64,000 nt of DNA from Lingula anatina (Eukaryota > Animalia > Brachiopoda): positions 67,992,788 to 68,056,787 of the forward strand of contig CM120640.1 of NCBI GenBank assembly GCA_051362555.1, written 5' to 3'. This document shows, piece by piece, positions 11,679 through 25,936 of the stretch. Under the pieces are notes generated by a model, which worked only from the letters and a program-made list of their open reading frames with translations, searched no databases and was not told the origin of the DNA. The position numbers were made by a program, and so were the translations under genes. Each line of letters begins with the position of its first letter. Position 1 is the first letter of the stretch.

Positions 11679-14468
11679 AAGTTTACTCTGCTTTTGTGGT
11701 CATAAAAGCTAAGAGTAGAGAGTATTCCATTTTAGTAAACATAGTGCAGATTTGATTTAAAAAGTTTTCATTTTTACAAAGAAAATACTTCTATGAATAT
11801 TTTATCTTTTAAAAGTTATCAGAGGAACAGTTTGGTTAGATAGAGTCACTGAAAAGATTTCGTTATTCTGAAACAAACACAATCCTAGGCAAGCAGTATC
11901 ACTAATCCTCAATAACTGAGCGTTAATTAAATTCAAAATCACTGTGGGATAACAAAAATAATACTATGAAGGTATTAATACAATACACACTTTATTGCCC
12001 TTGAAAAATAAAGTTTTACGACAATAATTTTGCACTGGTAGAGAACAGTCAGTTCTGTTCATAAAATATTTGACATAAAAGGATGTATGTACACTAGCTA
12101 TGTTACAGCTGTACAGCACATTTACAGTGCATGTTCAAAATATCACAATCACAATATAGATTCTCTCATTTGCAAAATAAAATCTTGTAAACAGTTAACC
12201 TTGCAAATCATAACTCATGATGAAAACATGCTTTGTCTGCTGTTTGACTAGATCTCCCTACATTGATAAGTTACTTGTTAAGTCTCTGTTCGTAAAGAAC
12301 TAAATGAAAAACAACATGGCAGGAATAATAAATGAGAGACCAAAATCACATCTCGTTGAGTGTGTCCAGTCCAGTGGCAGTAAGGAGTGGGTTACCCATG
12401 TGGTGACATTGGCAGTGAACAGGTGGCCACATATACAATACTCCTGGAACCGTATTCTCAAATGTCTGTACCTTACAATTGCTGTCACTATGTTGTGAAG
12501 CAATGACAACTTGTTTGAACTGACTTCTGAATCAATCCATTGCAATTAACCACTGCGAAGTAAAAGGCTGTCAAGATGCAGTTTTCAACCTCTACATTGC
12601 AAGTATCACAATCACTAAGATCATAGATTGGTTTTAAGTTAATCTTTTGATAAATCATTGGCAAAGTATTAAATGGAACCCAATGGCAGTGATGATCTAT
12701 ATTCCCTTTGTGAGTAATCAGAAAGTGTCTGTTTAAGAAAAAAGGAATCTGAAATTTACACTGCTACATTACAACATTCCACTGCTGAATTTCTTTAAAC
12801 CAAAACAGTTATTGTTACAGCTGTATTCAGTTTCAATGACAACCATAATGAAACGCCACTTATTACACAAACATATAGACGAGTGTTTTCTTAGGAACAG
12901 ACAATTGGTTATATTGCCACAAAACTTTTCATAATAAAACATATTCACAAGCAAGGTCATGTTCACAGTTTAGTTAAGTTTAAATATTCAATTTAGCCAA
13001 GGCACCTTATATATACTGAACATTTAGACAATCTGAAAATGAAGGTATGGCACAATAAAATAAAACATATTTCTGTTACTTCCTACAAACACTTCCTTTG
13101 AGGGATCAGTCCATACATTTGCTCATAAGTGATTCAAATGATAAACATCACAGAAATTAAGCATGCATACCAACTTTCAGTCTGCCTAAGGCACATTACT
13201 TCCATAACATTTTTAACCCTTTAACTATGACAGTTTCTTCTTTGTAGAAAGCATGTGCAGCAAATTGGTTATAAGTCAGACTTGATCCATTAGACATAGT
13301 TATTGCTACCGTCTGAACACAAAGGGCTAAATGTTAACAGGCAGCAAAGCCCTACACGTAGCAGCAAATTCTAGTCATTTTAAGGACCACAGACCCTTAC
13401 ATCAATACCTCAATAGAAAATATCTTTGCATTACCAAATATCAAAAAAATTTAAGCAAGTATTTCAAAACAATTTCATTTTTTACTTACAATGTAGAAAA
13501 TTTACACACATCATATTTCATGAACTAGTGCACAACATATTTGTGACCAGAGATTTAAAATTATTCCCTCCAAGCTCCAAAGTTATGTGTCATACCAATG
13601 ATCAATAGCAATCCTAAGCTTGATACTCCTTACATGCCATGCACCAGAAAGTTAAGTTTCCATCACATGATTTTTAAACATACCATGCATTCAATCTTTT
13701 TTTTTTTGTCATTCAACTTTTGTTTTTTCCTGACAAAAAAGGTTTCCATAACAACTGTCAGTCTTATCTAATAATCTAAGTTTTATTACAAAGTCAGTGG
13801 ATTTATGTAAGCAATTACTGTCTATGTTGTTGTGTCTTTTTTGACACTTTACCCAAATTTTACAAATCCAAATTTTAAAACCTCACAGAGGAAAGAAATA
13901 CCCACTTGACAATGATATGAAAATATGGCATGGTTACTGGAACAAATGCACACTGCAGGAGAAAAATGGGTATGCAACTACCTTATTCAACAAACTGCTT
14001 TCAAAAACTTCAGCTGCCTCATGCTATGGTCCTATTCAATCAGGGCACTGCTTGTATTGCAACCATTTTACAAAACTCCACAGACATTCCGTCTTATAAA
14101 GTGTAACTCATTTGGGAACACCAAGGATTTTGAAGACAACCTCTGTACCTGGATAACAGGCAACAAATCAAATTCATTGTCTCCACTGCCCCCCCCCCTT
14201 CCCCCAAACCACCCAACTATCAATAGTTTGGACAAATATCCAATTTGTTACAAGTAGTCCATTAGATCACTACATCTTCTTCCTACTCTGTGCTTCCCAA
14301 TTACCACAACTACAAAGATATGTATGTGTGCACTGTTCCTCTCTTCTTCCCACACCGGGTTTGTGCTGACTGACAAGACAACCACACCTGCTTGGCACGT
14401 GACAACCTGCCTCATATAGGAGACAACAATTTAAAATATTCCTCCACATGGCATATGTGTGTTGTGTG

Positions 14469-17400
14469 TTATCCACTAGGTTTCTTTTTTATGTGTTCAA
14501 TTTGCTGTTCATAAAGACAGAGAGCTCGATGAAGGAATTCATACTGTTCATTGGTTTGGACCATTCCACCCCTGGAAAAGAAGAGATAAAATAATACATG
14601 AAGAATATATAATCATTTAAATTTCTACTAAATTGTACATAGTTTATTGCAATAAGAAATTCAGCAAGTAAAGAGACATCCTTGCAAATGTAATACCAAA
14701 TCTAAAATATTCCAATTAAAGTTAGAACTGAATTCACTTCAGTTTACATGTAACATTTTTGTTTACCTACTATGCTATCAAACCAAATAAAATTGAACAA
14801 TTAGTCCATTTACCTGTCTCTTCTCATCTGACAAACAATTCCCAGTATGTCTAAAGCATCCTCTTCCTCCAGCTGTCTCATGCCAATACTGGTGCCTATA
14901 AAACAGCCAGTCCGTCCTATGCCAGCACTAGGAAAAATACAAGTTTAGTACTTTATGTACTTGAAATGGATCAATTTTAAAAAGGTGCTATTAAGAAAGA
15001 TACACTCTCAATTACATGTTTTCAAGACCATTTGCACTGAAACTAGAGATATGAAAGTCTCAGCTTTACAATAACCTTGAAAACTCTGGCACCTGTGACA
15101 AAAGCAGAGGTGGTGGAACACTAATGATAATTACAGTTAGGGACCAGGAAAATGAGAGTTACATGAAGAGAAGAGATAGACAATGTTCATCATGTTTCAA
15201 TGATATCAAAGAAAAAAAAATGTTCCACAAGATTTGTTCTAGATACTTACTGTTATTAATATATATATTCAGTTCTCATTCCGTAAAAGCATCGGGTATT
15301 TGAAATGTAGTACCCTATGCAACTTTTTTTTTCCACCCAAGCCCACAGCTCACCTGCAGTGGACAACTACTGGTCCCACCTTGGCCTTGGTCTGCAGATC
15401 TTGTCTCTGTTGCTCCACAAGAGTGGCCAGGTCTAAGAGCTGACGTGCCGTCTCTGGGGCCTTGTGGTCTGGCCAGGACGTGTACCAGTAATGGGATATG
15501 ATCTGCTTTTCTTCATTTTTCTAAAAGAAAAAAAAATGTTATAAAACTCACTGTCATATCTCCAAAGAGTGCAAAAACAGTCTCAACAATGAAATACAAA
15601 CACCTTTGCTTAGTTGTTCACTTAGGAGCTAAACCATCAAATGATTATCCCTAAATTTTTATGATGACCTTGAATTTTTGATAATGTTGAAAACATCACG
15701 AGAGGATGAAATATAGAATTTGCCAACTGTGCACCTCCAAGCTATTCTAGCCAGGGACTTTAGTTCCTGGTGTCCACTGACCTGTAGAAGCAGTCTCCTT
15801 AGGGTAAAGCCTTCATGTTCCTCTGTGTCCTGCACTGTCACATGGATCCCACTGTATTCACCCTGGGTGACTGGGAGGTAGCTTTCACATTTACTCTACA
15901 AAACAAAACTCTTCCTTAAACAGCTTTAACAGAAAGATTTTGTGACAAATGAGAGATGTACTTCATATTTACTCATAGCAAAATAGGCATCATTTTAATC
16001 AATGTCCTGGAAAAATAAATTGGCTACAATCTTTCAGCAAATACATGTTATTTTCTTCTCTATGTCAAGCCAGCTGCTTAATCATTAGCAACAGGGAATA
16101 CATTTTTTGCAACAATCACCAAGAAAAAAAATCAAATCAGCAAACATTTTTTCTAATTTTCTGTAGTATTTAGTATATGAACCCCAACCCTGACAAGGTC
16201 CTACCAAGCACATATTTGATCTAACCAAATAACAGTTTTCAAACATCAGTATTAAAATGACACAAAGCTAACTGAATACTCTAAATTTTCTATTATCCCC
16301 TGGGGAAAATTTCCTATAGTCGCATGACCCTAGCCTAACCACAGAGAAACCACAAAACTAATCAAGAAAGGATGTCGCCAGTCAACTGATCCAGCTTTCC
16401 ATTACCACCTGGGACTGGAACAAATAGCTCCTGTTCACTAAGTCCTGGATTCTAGTTTAAGGGCATTTTCTCTCCAAGTTTGTACTTAAATATACATGTC
16501 AGTCTTCAGGAAAACTTTACATATTTTAACCTAAAAACAACCACAGACATCTGCAATCCCATACCCTGTCTTTTTCCTTAAGTTTTGTTATCATCACAAT
16601 AATGGGGACTTTTTCCTGCCAGATCATTTTCCAGAAGTCATGTACAGTGTGCGCCATGGGACCCTGGGTTGCTATGTATGTTTTCTCTTCTCCTGCATAT
16701 CCCTACAATACATAATCATATTACATGGAGTCTGGCACTGTCTGAAATATTTAAGCTATTTTGTGACTGTTAATAAAGATGCTGACATAACTGACAGTGT
16801 CAATTAATATATGTCTGTAAAGTGACAAAATAGATTTAGATGTGAAGATTTATGTTTCGCCATTAAAATTGGTTTTGAATAACCCTTCATGCCACCTGAC
16901 CCATAGACTTAACTTACCCTGACATAGTTTGCATTAATATATGTTGTAAGGGGGTCCCCATCTACTTCTTCTAATTTTACCCTAGTGCTTTCATCTGAAA
17001 TAATAAGTCATATTTTCACATAGTTTATTTGATAATCAAACACCAAAATGTATATGCAAAGAGCATCAGTTTTTTTTTTTTTGTCAAAAAATACTATCGA
17101 AATATGAGTTATCACATACACCAAACAATATGATCCTGTTAAATTTCACTTACTAGGTATAATAGTTCTGTATCTGTTTTTTGTCCCAGATCCGGCTATT
17201 TCTACTTTGTCAGAATGGTTCATAGGTATCTCCTGAAAACAAAATCATTCTTCATTCACAAATATGTACCTTCCAAACATCAAAATCCTTTAGTTTATCC
17301 AGTGATGCTACACAAAATTCCTACACCATTGTCGAACAGGAAACGTAAAATGAGCCTTGTATATTCTAAATGTCAACAAAGATATATTGTATTTTACTTT

Positions 17401-19912
17401 GACTTACCCAAAATTCTTCATATAAAGCTTTAACATTTTTAAGACAGTGGCGTAGTTGACTTCTAGACATTCTATTCCCTGCTGTGGCTAAATATTCTTC
17501 ATTGCACCTGAAAAAAATATTGATTTTACATATTTTAATATATAATATTTAATATCCTGTAATTATAATTAAATTGTACGTTATTTTCAAATAAATGTAA
17601 ACAATTTTATATTTCTAATTACTGGTGTTCAGAAACTAATTATTATCTTTATTTTTCTCCCAATTGTGAACTAATTCAAAGTAAATAGCACATCAAAATG
17701 ATAACAGCATATAAATTTTCAGGCCGGGGCTATATTGCCAAGTCATGCAGATGTTTGTTGGAAATTATTTATCAACAGCAGTCTTCTAAGCAACACAGTC
17801 CTCTGTCAATTTAATTGTCTTTTTTATTCCTGAATTCATTTGTCAATTTTACTCAGACTAATGAAAATTGTGGAACAACATTATCCCCATTATTTTAAAT
17901 CTCATTTCGTTGCTGGATATTTTTCAGGTGCAATAATAATATCTACTAAATAATAGAGTAGAGAATAATGGCTGGCTCAGACAGCAACTAATTAAATGCT
18001 GCACTAAGCAAGAATAGATGCATCACAATTAAAATAGTACATTCGCTTATAAACTCTCATCTCTTTTTCTGCATCATCCAAGCGTACATCATGTGATATT
18101 CTATCCCAAGCAACACTTCGATGGATATTCCGTTTACTCTATCCAAATTACACCATGTGACCTTTAGGTAGAAAACCACCTAAGTGAGATTATCATCTCT
18201 CAGTGTTAACTAATGAGCCACACAATCTTATGATTCAGACTGGTCCACATTACAGAAAAATGACACCAAGAGTGGAAACTCTTGGAGAATAACATCAGAG
18301 GACAAATACAATCATGATAATAAGAAATACGAATAAGGCAGGTGTCCTTTTGCTTATCCCCAGTGTCTATCCAACACTGAACAATCACTGAGGTGGTAAG
18401 TTTCTCCTTAATTCAGCTCATCAAAATCTATTTTCCCTTGCAGCACAGAACCTTCTGAACATTCTACAATACTGTACATCCAGGGCTCAATCTTCCAATC
18501 ACAGAGGCACCACTTACAAACTTTGCCAGCATCTTTTACCATGAATAACTTTGGTAGCCTCCTTTTTAATAACCAGTAAGATTTGGCCTTGAACTAGAAA
18601 ATTATTTAACTTAAGAATACCAAGACCCTCAAGTGCTCAGTATGGAATTTTTTTTTATTATTCAGCTATTCCTGTATTGAAGTTAGTGGATCTTTGCAAT
18701 ATTTCAACCATGTTTCTGGCATTCAATTATTTATAATCTGTTACCATGACTGTGCATGACAAACTACTTAAAAGCTGTAAGTCACTGGAAGCTACACATA
18801 CAATGAAAGCCTATTTTCACTATTTTTCCTATCTTACATTGCTTCGATTCCACAGTCTTGTTATGCTTCTAATCAATTCCACCATAACTCAATTAAAAAT
18901 CCATATTAAAAACAATGAAGTCCATTTTAATCTCTCCTATGTAGCTCAAACACCCGCACACTCACCTCTCCCTGGTTGGTGACCTCTGGTTTTGATTGTC
19001 TGGATGGAGACTCAAGTCAAGGGTTAAAGAATTATTGGACCCTCTCCTGTAGAAAATAAAACAGTATTGTTAACATTAGAACACCAGGCGATTTCACACA
19101 CACACACACAAATCATGATTTCTAAAACTAAATACCTGGCCAACTAAAGACTGCTAATTAAACAATAGGTATCAGAAGTGTTTCACAATGCTTTCAGCCT
19201 GCTGAAATTTAACATTCATTTGATAGCAGTCTCACTTAAGTGGGAAAGACTTTTAAAAGTCAGATTTTTAGGCAGGACATTGTGTATGGGATTTTGGTTT
19301 TGAAATATAGTTTATATTCAACAAATTGAGGAAAGCAGTCACTGTCCTGTCCTATAACTTTGAGAGCATCTACAGTTGATAAATGTCATCCTTGTCAAAG
19401 TAACAGAAAAACTTCAAATGCATCAGTGGAACATTACTCTCAAAAACCGTGACTAAGCTGCAATATTAAGTTTTCATTTTAAAATAAAAATTTCAAACAT
19501 TAGGAGAATGAATCATCTTCTACGTGTCTTAATCCATTTGCAGCATTTGATCAGTGGCCGTCTACACTGACCATTATTGACTGCTCTATTATTTAGAAGT
19601 ATGACAGATGCAGCTGAAATATCTAGAAATAAATTTGTGTTGAACTAAGATAAAATGGAATGCAAACCATGCTGTATCACACATACACATACATATCAAT
19701 AATTTCAACAAAAACGAGGATAAACAGAGGACTGAAGTTTTTGCTATAAGTCAATGACATAGCAACAAAAGATGCCTAAAAATATCTTAGCCATGATATA
19801 AAATTGGTGAAATATTTAATTTTAGCAATAAAAAGGAGATAAGCAGCCTATTAGATTCTTTGTGAAACTGACTAAAAGCACAACTAACAAAAGTTTGCCT
19901 AAAAAGTTGATT

Positions 19913-19960
<48 letters not shown>

Positions 19961-22900
19961 TAGGCCATGGACAAAGACAATCTGAACCACAGACAATGCT
20001 GGTCAAACACCAATGAGAAAAATGGATACAATACATAATCTACTACACATTCCATAAAAAGCTTCTGTTTTCTTCCATTCAAACATCCATACATATATTT
20101 TCCAGCTATCTTTACCTTTCTATCAAACTTTTAGCTTTGACCCTAGAGATCTGCTTGTGTTTGGGAGAGATGGATGGGCTCTGTTTGGGTGTGGAGCTGG
20201 CAGTGGAGCTGGTACAGCTGGAGTCAGTCCCTGGTTGGATATAGGTGGTACTGTGGACAGCAGACTTGGGGCTTGGGCCTTGGTAGATGCAGATCTGCTG
20301 TGGCATGGCAAGCACCTGCATTTCACCTCGCTTTTTCTTCCTCTTGTGCACACAGCAACAAACCTAAAATAGAGGTGAAGCTTAAACGTAGGTAGGGTTA
20401 AGACTGCCATTTAGTGAAAAAGTGGAAAAGAATGCCATGGGGTCCAGGGGGCAGCCTACAGTAGGGCAATCATATTTTTGGTTCCCAAAAAAGTTGGAAA
20501 TCTGCCTATAGTCAAAAAATGTCTTCCCTGCTTACACCACATTTACAGGGGAGAGGTGGTTACGAAGACGATTCAGAATTCAAGGACTTTTCACAATGAG
20601 CATTACATTTTAAGACTTACATATCTAATGGTAAGAAAATTTCACATGTTATTTTGAAACGTATAAAAATGTTAGGTTATCTTATCTCAGCTTTTTTTTA
20701 TCTATTATTTTTCTAAGTCAAAATGATCAGTAAAAACATAGTTATGACACAAATATATAGAATAAAGAGAAATTACTAATTCTACACAGTAAAACAGAAT
20801 CGGTCACAATTAAAGCTGAATAAACACACTGTTTGCATCAATATCAAACCTCTAATCCCACTGGACATGCCATGTGTCCCAATTATGAAAATATTGATCA
20901 AAAGTTCAATGAACTAACTAAAAATTGCACATGATTTATGGGATGAATTCTTCCTCTCTACTCTACATTGAAATGAAGCCAAATATCATACATCATTCTG
21001 TCAATGGATTTTTTGTGAATGTTATTATAGCAAGCTGTTACTCGGCTAAAACATGGTCAGAATACATAGGTTTTTGTGAGGCAACAAGAGCATGCTTTAA
21101 AGTACTAACAAACACTGACATAACAGGCTCCATAATGTTCTGATAAAATCTTACCTAGATAAGCATGTTTTCATTCTCATGTATCTGATGGTTAAGTGGC
21201 CAAAAAAAGAGAACTTATATTGAATAACTATGGGTATGTTAACAATGAAACTATCGCACTAGGTAGCTTGTACCAACTCTATGGGGACTCTCCCTGAATG
21301 CAACCAGATTAAAATGCCTCCTCTTTTCTCCAATGTACTTGTATAATCACCAGTTTTTCTATATTCTCAATGCCAAGAGGAGGCTTGTTTATCTTTTAAC
21401 CCCATTGCATGCAACAAGAGTCTCCTCCATATTAATTCAAATTACCTAGTATACAATAGTTTCATTGTGAACGCACCCTATATAAAAAAAATGTAAAAAT
21501 TACTCACCACAATGACAATGGTCACTGCTACCAGGAGGGCCCCCAAGCCAAAGGCTAGCCACACATACCACTGTGTCCACAGCTGGTCTCCAGCCCCCAA
21601 ACCTGACACCTGCAAATAAATAGGAAATAACTTATTCAGCATTTTCTTTTTAAACTCCACTTGATAACGATGCATCAATATTATAATCCTTTCCTTTAGC
21701 TCCACTTCTAGTCCTCTGAAGCAGCAATGCAGTGGGAGTTACCTGAATCTATAACAAAAAAAAAAAAAATATAGGAAACTGGATGTCTGCCAGCAGCTAG
21801 TATAACATTTCATGATTGAGATGCCTTATAAATATACAAATAACAAGACATGTACAGCTTTGCACTAGGAGACCCATGTACACTGTATTATCACCAATTT
21901 ATTCACCTTCTTGCTGCCATTTCTAAGGATATTACTTACCATGCCTACTATTAACTTTAGTATATAATAAATCTGTACAAAATAGAAATGCTGCTTTATC
22001 GATTGATTCTCCAGAGTCACAGTATTTTACAATGAGTTAACATGCAACCCTATGATCTTACCAGGCAAATGTGTGGGTTGCTAGTCACCTGGATATTCCA
22101 GGCAAATCTCAGGAATGTTGGGTTATTTTTAAGCCAGAGAGTCTCACCAAATAAATCCTACTCTCATAAATAACATGCAAAATACTAGTATTTCAAAGTT
22201 AGCATCCCTCTGTTTTATACTTTCTTTGGAGTCCTCATGGAGCATATTTTTTCATTAAAACAGAAAGTTCTAAACACATGTATGCATATGCCAGAACCTG
22301 GCCAAGATTCAAACTCTCTGCTTAAGAACGATTGCTTGTCAGGATATTATTTTTCACAAAAATGCAAGACCGATCAATAGGAAATGTACATATGACAGTT
22401 CATTAATGAAAACTGTGGCATACAGTAGATTGTAACACACATCCAGTTCCATTCATCAAAATGTTACTGGCTTCTCTTTCTGGAAAAATCACGGCCTGCC
22501 AGCAACAAAAACTAGTACCTGAACCCATTGGTTTATGAAAACGACCATTTGCAACAACCTAGGTCATGATTATATGTCTTACTCTTGAAAAAGTATCATC
22601 AATTTTACCCAAGACCAATTACTAACTAAAGTGCAGTTCTAATCAATTCACAGAGATCTCATTAACAGTCTATGTGTAGGCGTTTATACATCTGTTTGCT
22701 TACAAGTACCTTACACAAAAAATCATCTGTGTGTGTACATAAAAATCAAGAACCTTTAAAAGTACATTTCTAACACTTTTAACTGCTACTATAAATCAAG
22801 GAGTCAAAAAATTTTTTTAAACTCTTTAATCCATTTTTAGCATAGAAACTTACTGCAACTGAAATCCAGTGTAATCGCCAACCAGTTCAACTCGTTACTG

Positions 22901-24802
22901 TATATATCAGAGAGACCACCACCTCATTCCATCGCCCACAAAACATGCAGCGGCACCCACACAGCCATATATTGAACACACACTGTGATTGCTACTGTTC
23001 TGAGTTATCAACTGCATGGCTTCATATGCTGCTTAGATGATGAGTGGTCAATGTTTGCCGTGACCTTTAGAATACATGTGTGGTAGTGAATGATAAATTT
23101 CATTCATCTTCTCTCTTGCTATTTCATCAATAAAACCAAACCAGAAAGTGAGACAATATTTGTTTTCATCAAAACATGCTTGGTTAAAGAGGCACCCACA
23201 CTTGTTCAACTGAAACTAATAGAAGGCCAAATCCTGTATAAACATAGAAAAAATGTTGTTTCCAAAACAAGGGGTGCAGAAACGGTACTGCCGAAATTTC
23301 TATCATACAAAAAGAGCATCACCAAGATTCTAAATGCATATCTTGAAACAAAATAGGGTTGCCTTTCAAAGGTGATTTTCATGACTGCAACTACCCACTC
23401 CTCTTGTGTCTTTCAGTGACAGCCCAAGAGGAAAATGCCTCCTCTGTTTCAACTGGTAAGATGTATCTTGTGGTATACCAGCTTTGACCACAAATGACAG
23501 CTCCGAGACAACACAATCCCATAAGGCAGAAAAGCTGGTCAAGGATAAATGATTTAAAAGCAAGTCTGTTAGGTTTCCTCTAAGCTATGAGTAGGTGGTA
23601 AGAAACAGGTTATCTTTTGGTAATTGCCTGGAAATGTTTTTCCTTCTTAGACAAAATATGACATTGATGGATAGGATTGTGATACTAGCAAAACATTGGC
23701 TAACTGACTACGATATTGTGTGGAATCTTACATGGTTTACTGTTTGAAAGGTAAATGCCAAATTCACATACAGGAAGTTTCAAGATCAAATGCAGTAGGA
23801 ATTTACTTTTTGTTGCACAATGGGGCAACCTAATCTGAAAATAATTATTTTCATTAAATTAATGCTCCCTCATTAGCAACCATTGCTTCAGAGGAAATAA
23901 TCCCTTAATTCATTCAAATAAAATGTACCTATATTAGTTACTAATGCCTTGGACACGACTTTCAAATCCTGTGTGGATGAACAGAATTATTGCTAACAGG
24001 GTGTTGGGTTTAATAGATTATTATATTGAAAACTAGTAATTTTCAGCATTCCTGAATCATATATAGCATGGAACTCCGGGTTAAGTTTCACTTGTACAGG
24101 GCTGCCCACAAATTAAGGCATAATGTATAATTCCTTTTTTTTTTAATTCTCGTACTTTCAGGCATCAATACATTTCGAATGAAAAACATTGTACTTTCAG
24201 ATCAATTGTGTTGGAAACCATGTGAGTTATGAGCTATAAAGTAAACAGTTGTTTTATAGTACCTTTGTGTATAAAGTGGTTGGTGTGGTATCTTCTTCTT
24301 TCAATCTTTTCAGAAGGTTCTTGTACAGTGAAGGAGTGGAGGTGCTATGCCAGGGCCTACTTAACCATGGTGGATGCTGAAGCTCAATGGTCATTGCACT
24401 GAAAAAAAAAAATCAAAATAATTTTAAACCTATTGTTTATCTTTCGTTCAATTTTTTTTTTTAATTCTATTTTTTCTTCACTTATTCACTTGTCTATTTC
24501 TTTCTTTCGGTATTTTTTGTGAACATTCTCTTGAAATCTTGAAGTGAAAATGACATTTTCTAAATACTTAATCTAACTTTCTATCAAGCAAAAATCAGGA
24601 AGATTCAAAGGTTGAAACATAAAAAATTGGATGACATATTCACAGTATACCGAGTCCCTTTTAATTCATAGCATAAAAATAAATCATTAATTCAAATGCC
24701 TGCTTACTAAGCCTTTGACTATGTCCTCCAATCATCTAGCCAACTGTTACTGGAGACAAAATGGTTGCCTTCTTACTTGTTAGTAGCCAGGATTTTGGGC
24801 AT
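14469..24802 (-). CDS. PTPRR: KIM-containing receptor-type protein tyrosine phosphatase (PTPRR/PTPN5/PTPN7 family), ~496 aa from the ATG at 24802
   Basis: Exons 24802-24777, 24398-24263, [21748-21743], 21609-21508 (TM), 20363-20116, 19046-18966, 17507-17408, 17232-17154, 16994-16918, 16702-16565, 15895-15782, 15520-15354, 14927-14814 and 14571-14469 are phase-consistent. KIM is [18 protein letters not shown] motifs are [32 protein letters not shown] and QTNEQY. The symbol is family-level (likely co-orthologue of the three vertebrate genes). The N-terminal exons are less certain than the catalytic exons. Confidence 0.9.
19915..19957. repeat. (GT)n microsatellite
   Basis: Directly visible. Confidence 0.95.
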
Positions 24803-25764
24803 ATTCCCTGCAAAAGAATTAATAAAGTTATCTATGATTGGACAACTGAAATCATTATAACTCTTGACTTTATGTCATTCCATGTACAACAAACAACAAA
24901 GCACGTCCAACTATCCAAATAGTTACCACATCTGACAAACAATTAACAACAAAATCAGACAGTCAAAATACAATTCTAAAAGATGAGGTAAATAGAAATA
25001 TTGAACCAAACATGTTCAGCGTTCCCTAGTCTGTATGTACCAACCCAACACGTACAGAATTCAACCATACATCCTCATTCAGTTCTAGTTGATATGTGAA
25101 CCTACTATTTGATTATTGATCGCTGTAACTACTAGCACTGTATACAATGTAAGCACATAAAAATCAATTTATTTTATATGTGGCATGCAACAAAGGTAGG
25201 GAGATATGCAACATTGCTGCTAAGGTCAATGTAACCTACTTCCATCCCACTCAGAGAAAGGTGGGCTCAGTGAACAAAATGAAAATTTGACTTTCAGAAA
25301 GGTTTCTCAACTTTTGTTATTCTGTATTTTAGTCAATGTAGGTTATTAATCATTTCAGTAAACATCTTAAATAGGTTATGCTCAATTGTACAAAATGGTT
25401 TCATAAGAAGTTTAAACACCCCCACATTTGCTCCAAGTCTAACAAATGTGATCAATGAATGACTTGCTAGGCTGATTATATGCAGTATTTGTTTAAATCT
25501 TAATCAATCAATCACTTTCTTGAAAACCCCAATCTCATAAAATTGTAGTATTCCACTTGTTGATATAAAGAAAGAGTTGGTCTGGTGAATAAAGTCATTA
25601 TCAGTTTTAATTTATAAGCTCACAGCCCCCTTATAATCCAGTTTTCTTACTTATATATGTAATTTTTACCAAGAGTAAGCTTCGCTATCCAAGTCCCCTA
25701 AAACCTTTAAACTAAGAATTTTACAATTGATAACCCATTTATAACCTAGGAATGAATATCATAT

Positions 25765-25936
25765 CTGGTGTAGCGCTAGCAATTTTTTTCGCTTAGCCAT
25801 ATCACCACATTTTTGTCAATTTGTTATCAAACTGGTTATAATTTGGCTAAAACATGTCAAATCAAGCCCTTTTCTTTAGCCAATTTAAGTCAGTTTTAGC
25901 ATTTGGCTAAATTGACGAGTGTTAGCGCTACCCCAG
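25765..25936. mobile_element. Small hAT-like MITE
   Basis: TIR ctggtgtagcgctagca / tgttagcgctaccccag (15/17 match). Internal ttagcc/ggctaa subrepeats. catat on both flanks. Confidence 0.65.

Noticed and set aside
22854-23064. Exon-like segment (AG...GTAAG, - strand) in a phosphatase intron
   Set aside because: It has stop codons in the frames I checked, including the one needed to join the TM exon. At most it is non-coding.
23399-23584. Possible 186-nt phase-0 cassette exon in the phosphatase ectodomain (LRGNLTDLL...DTRG)
   Set aside because: The frame is open and the splice sites are plausible, but there is no homology or compositional support. It needs RNA-seq.
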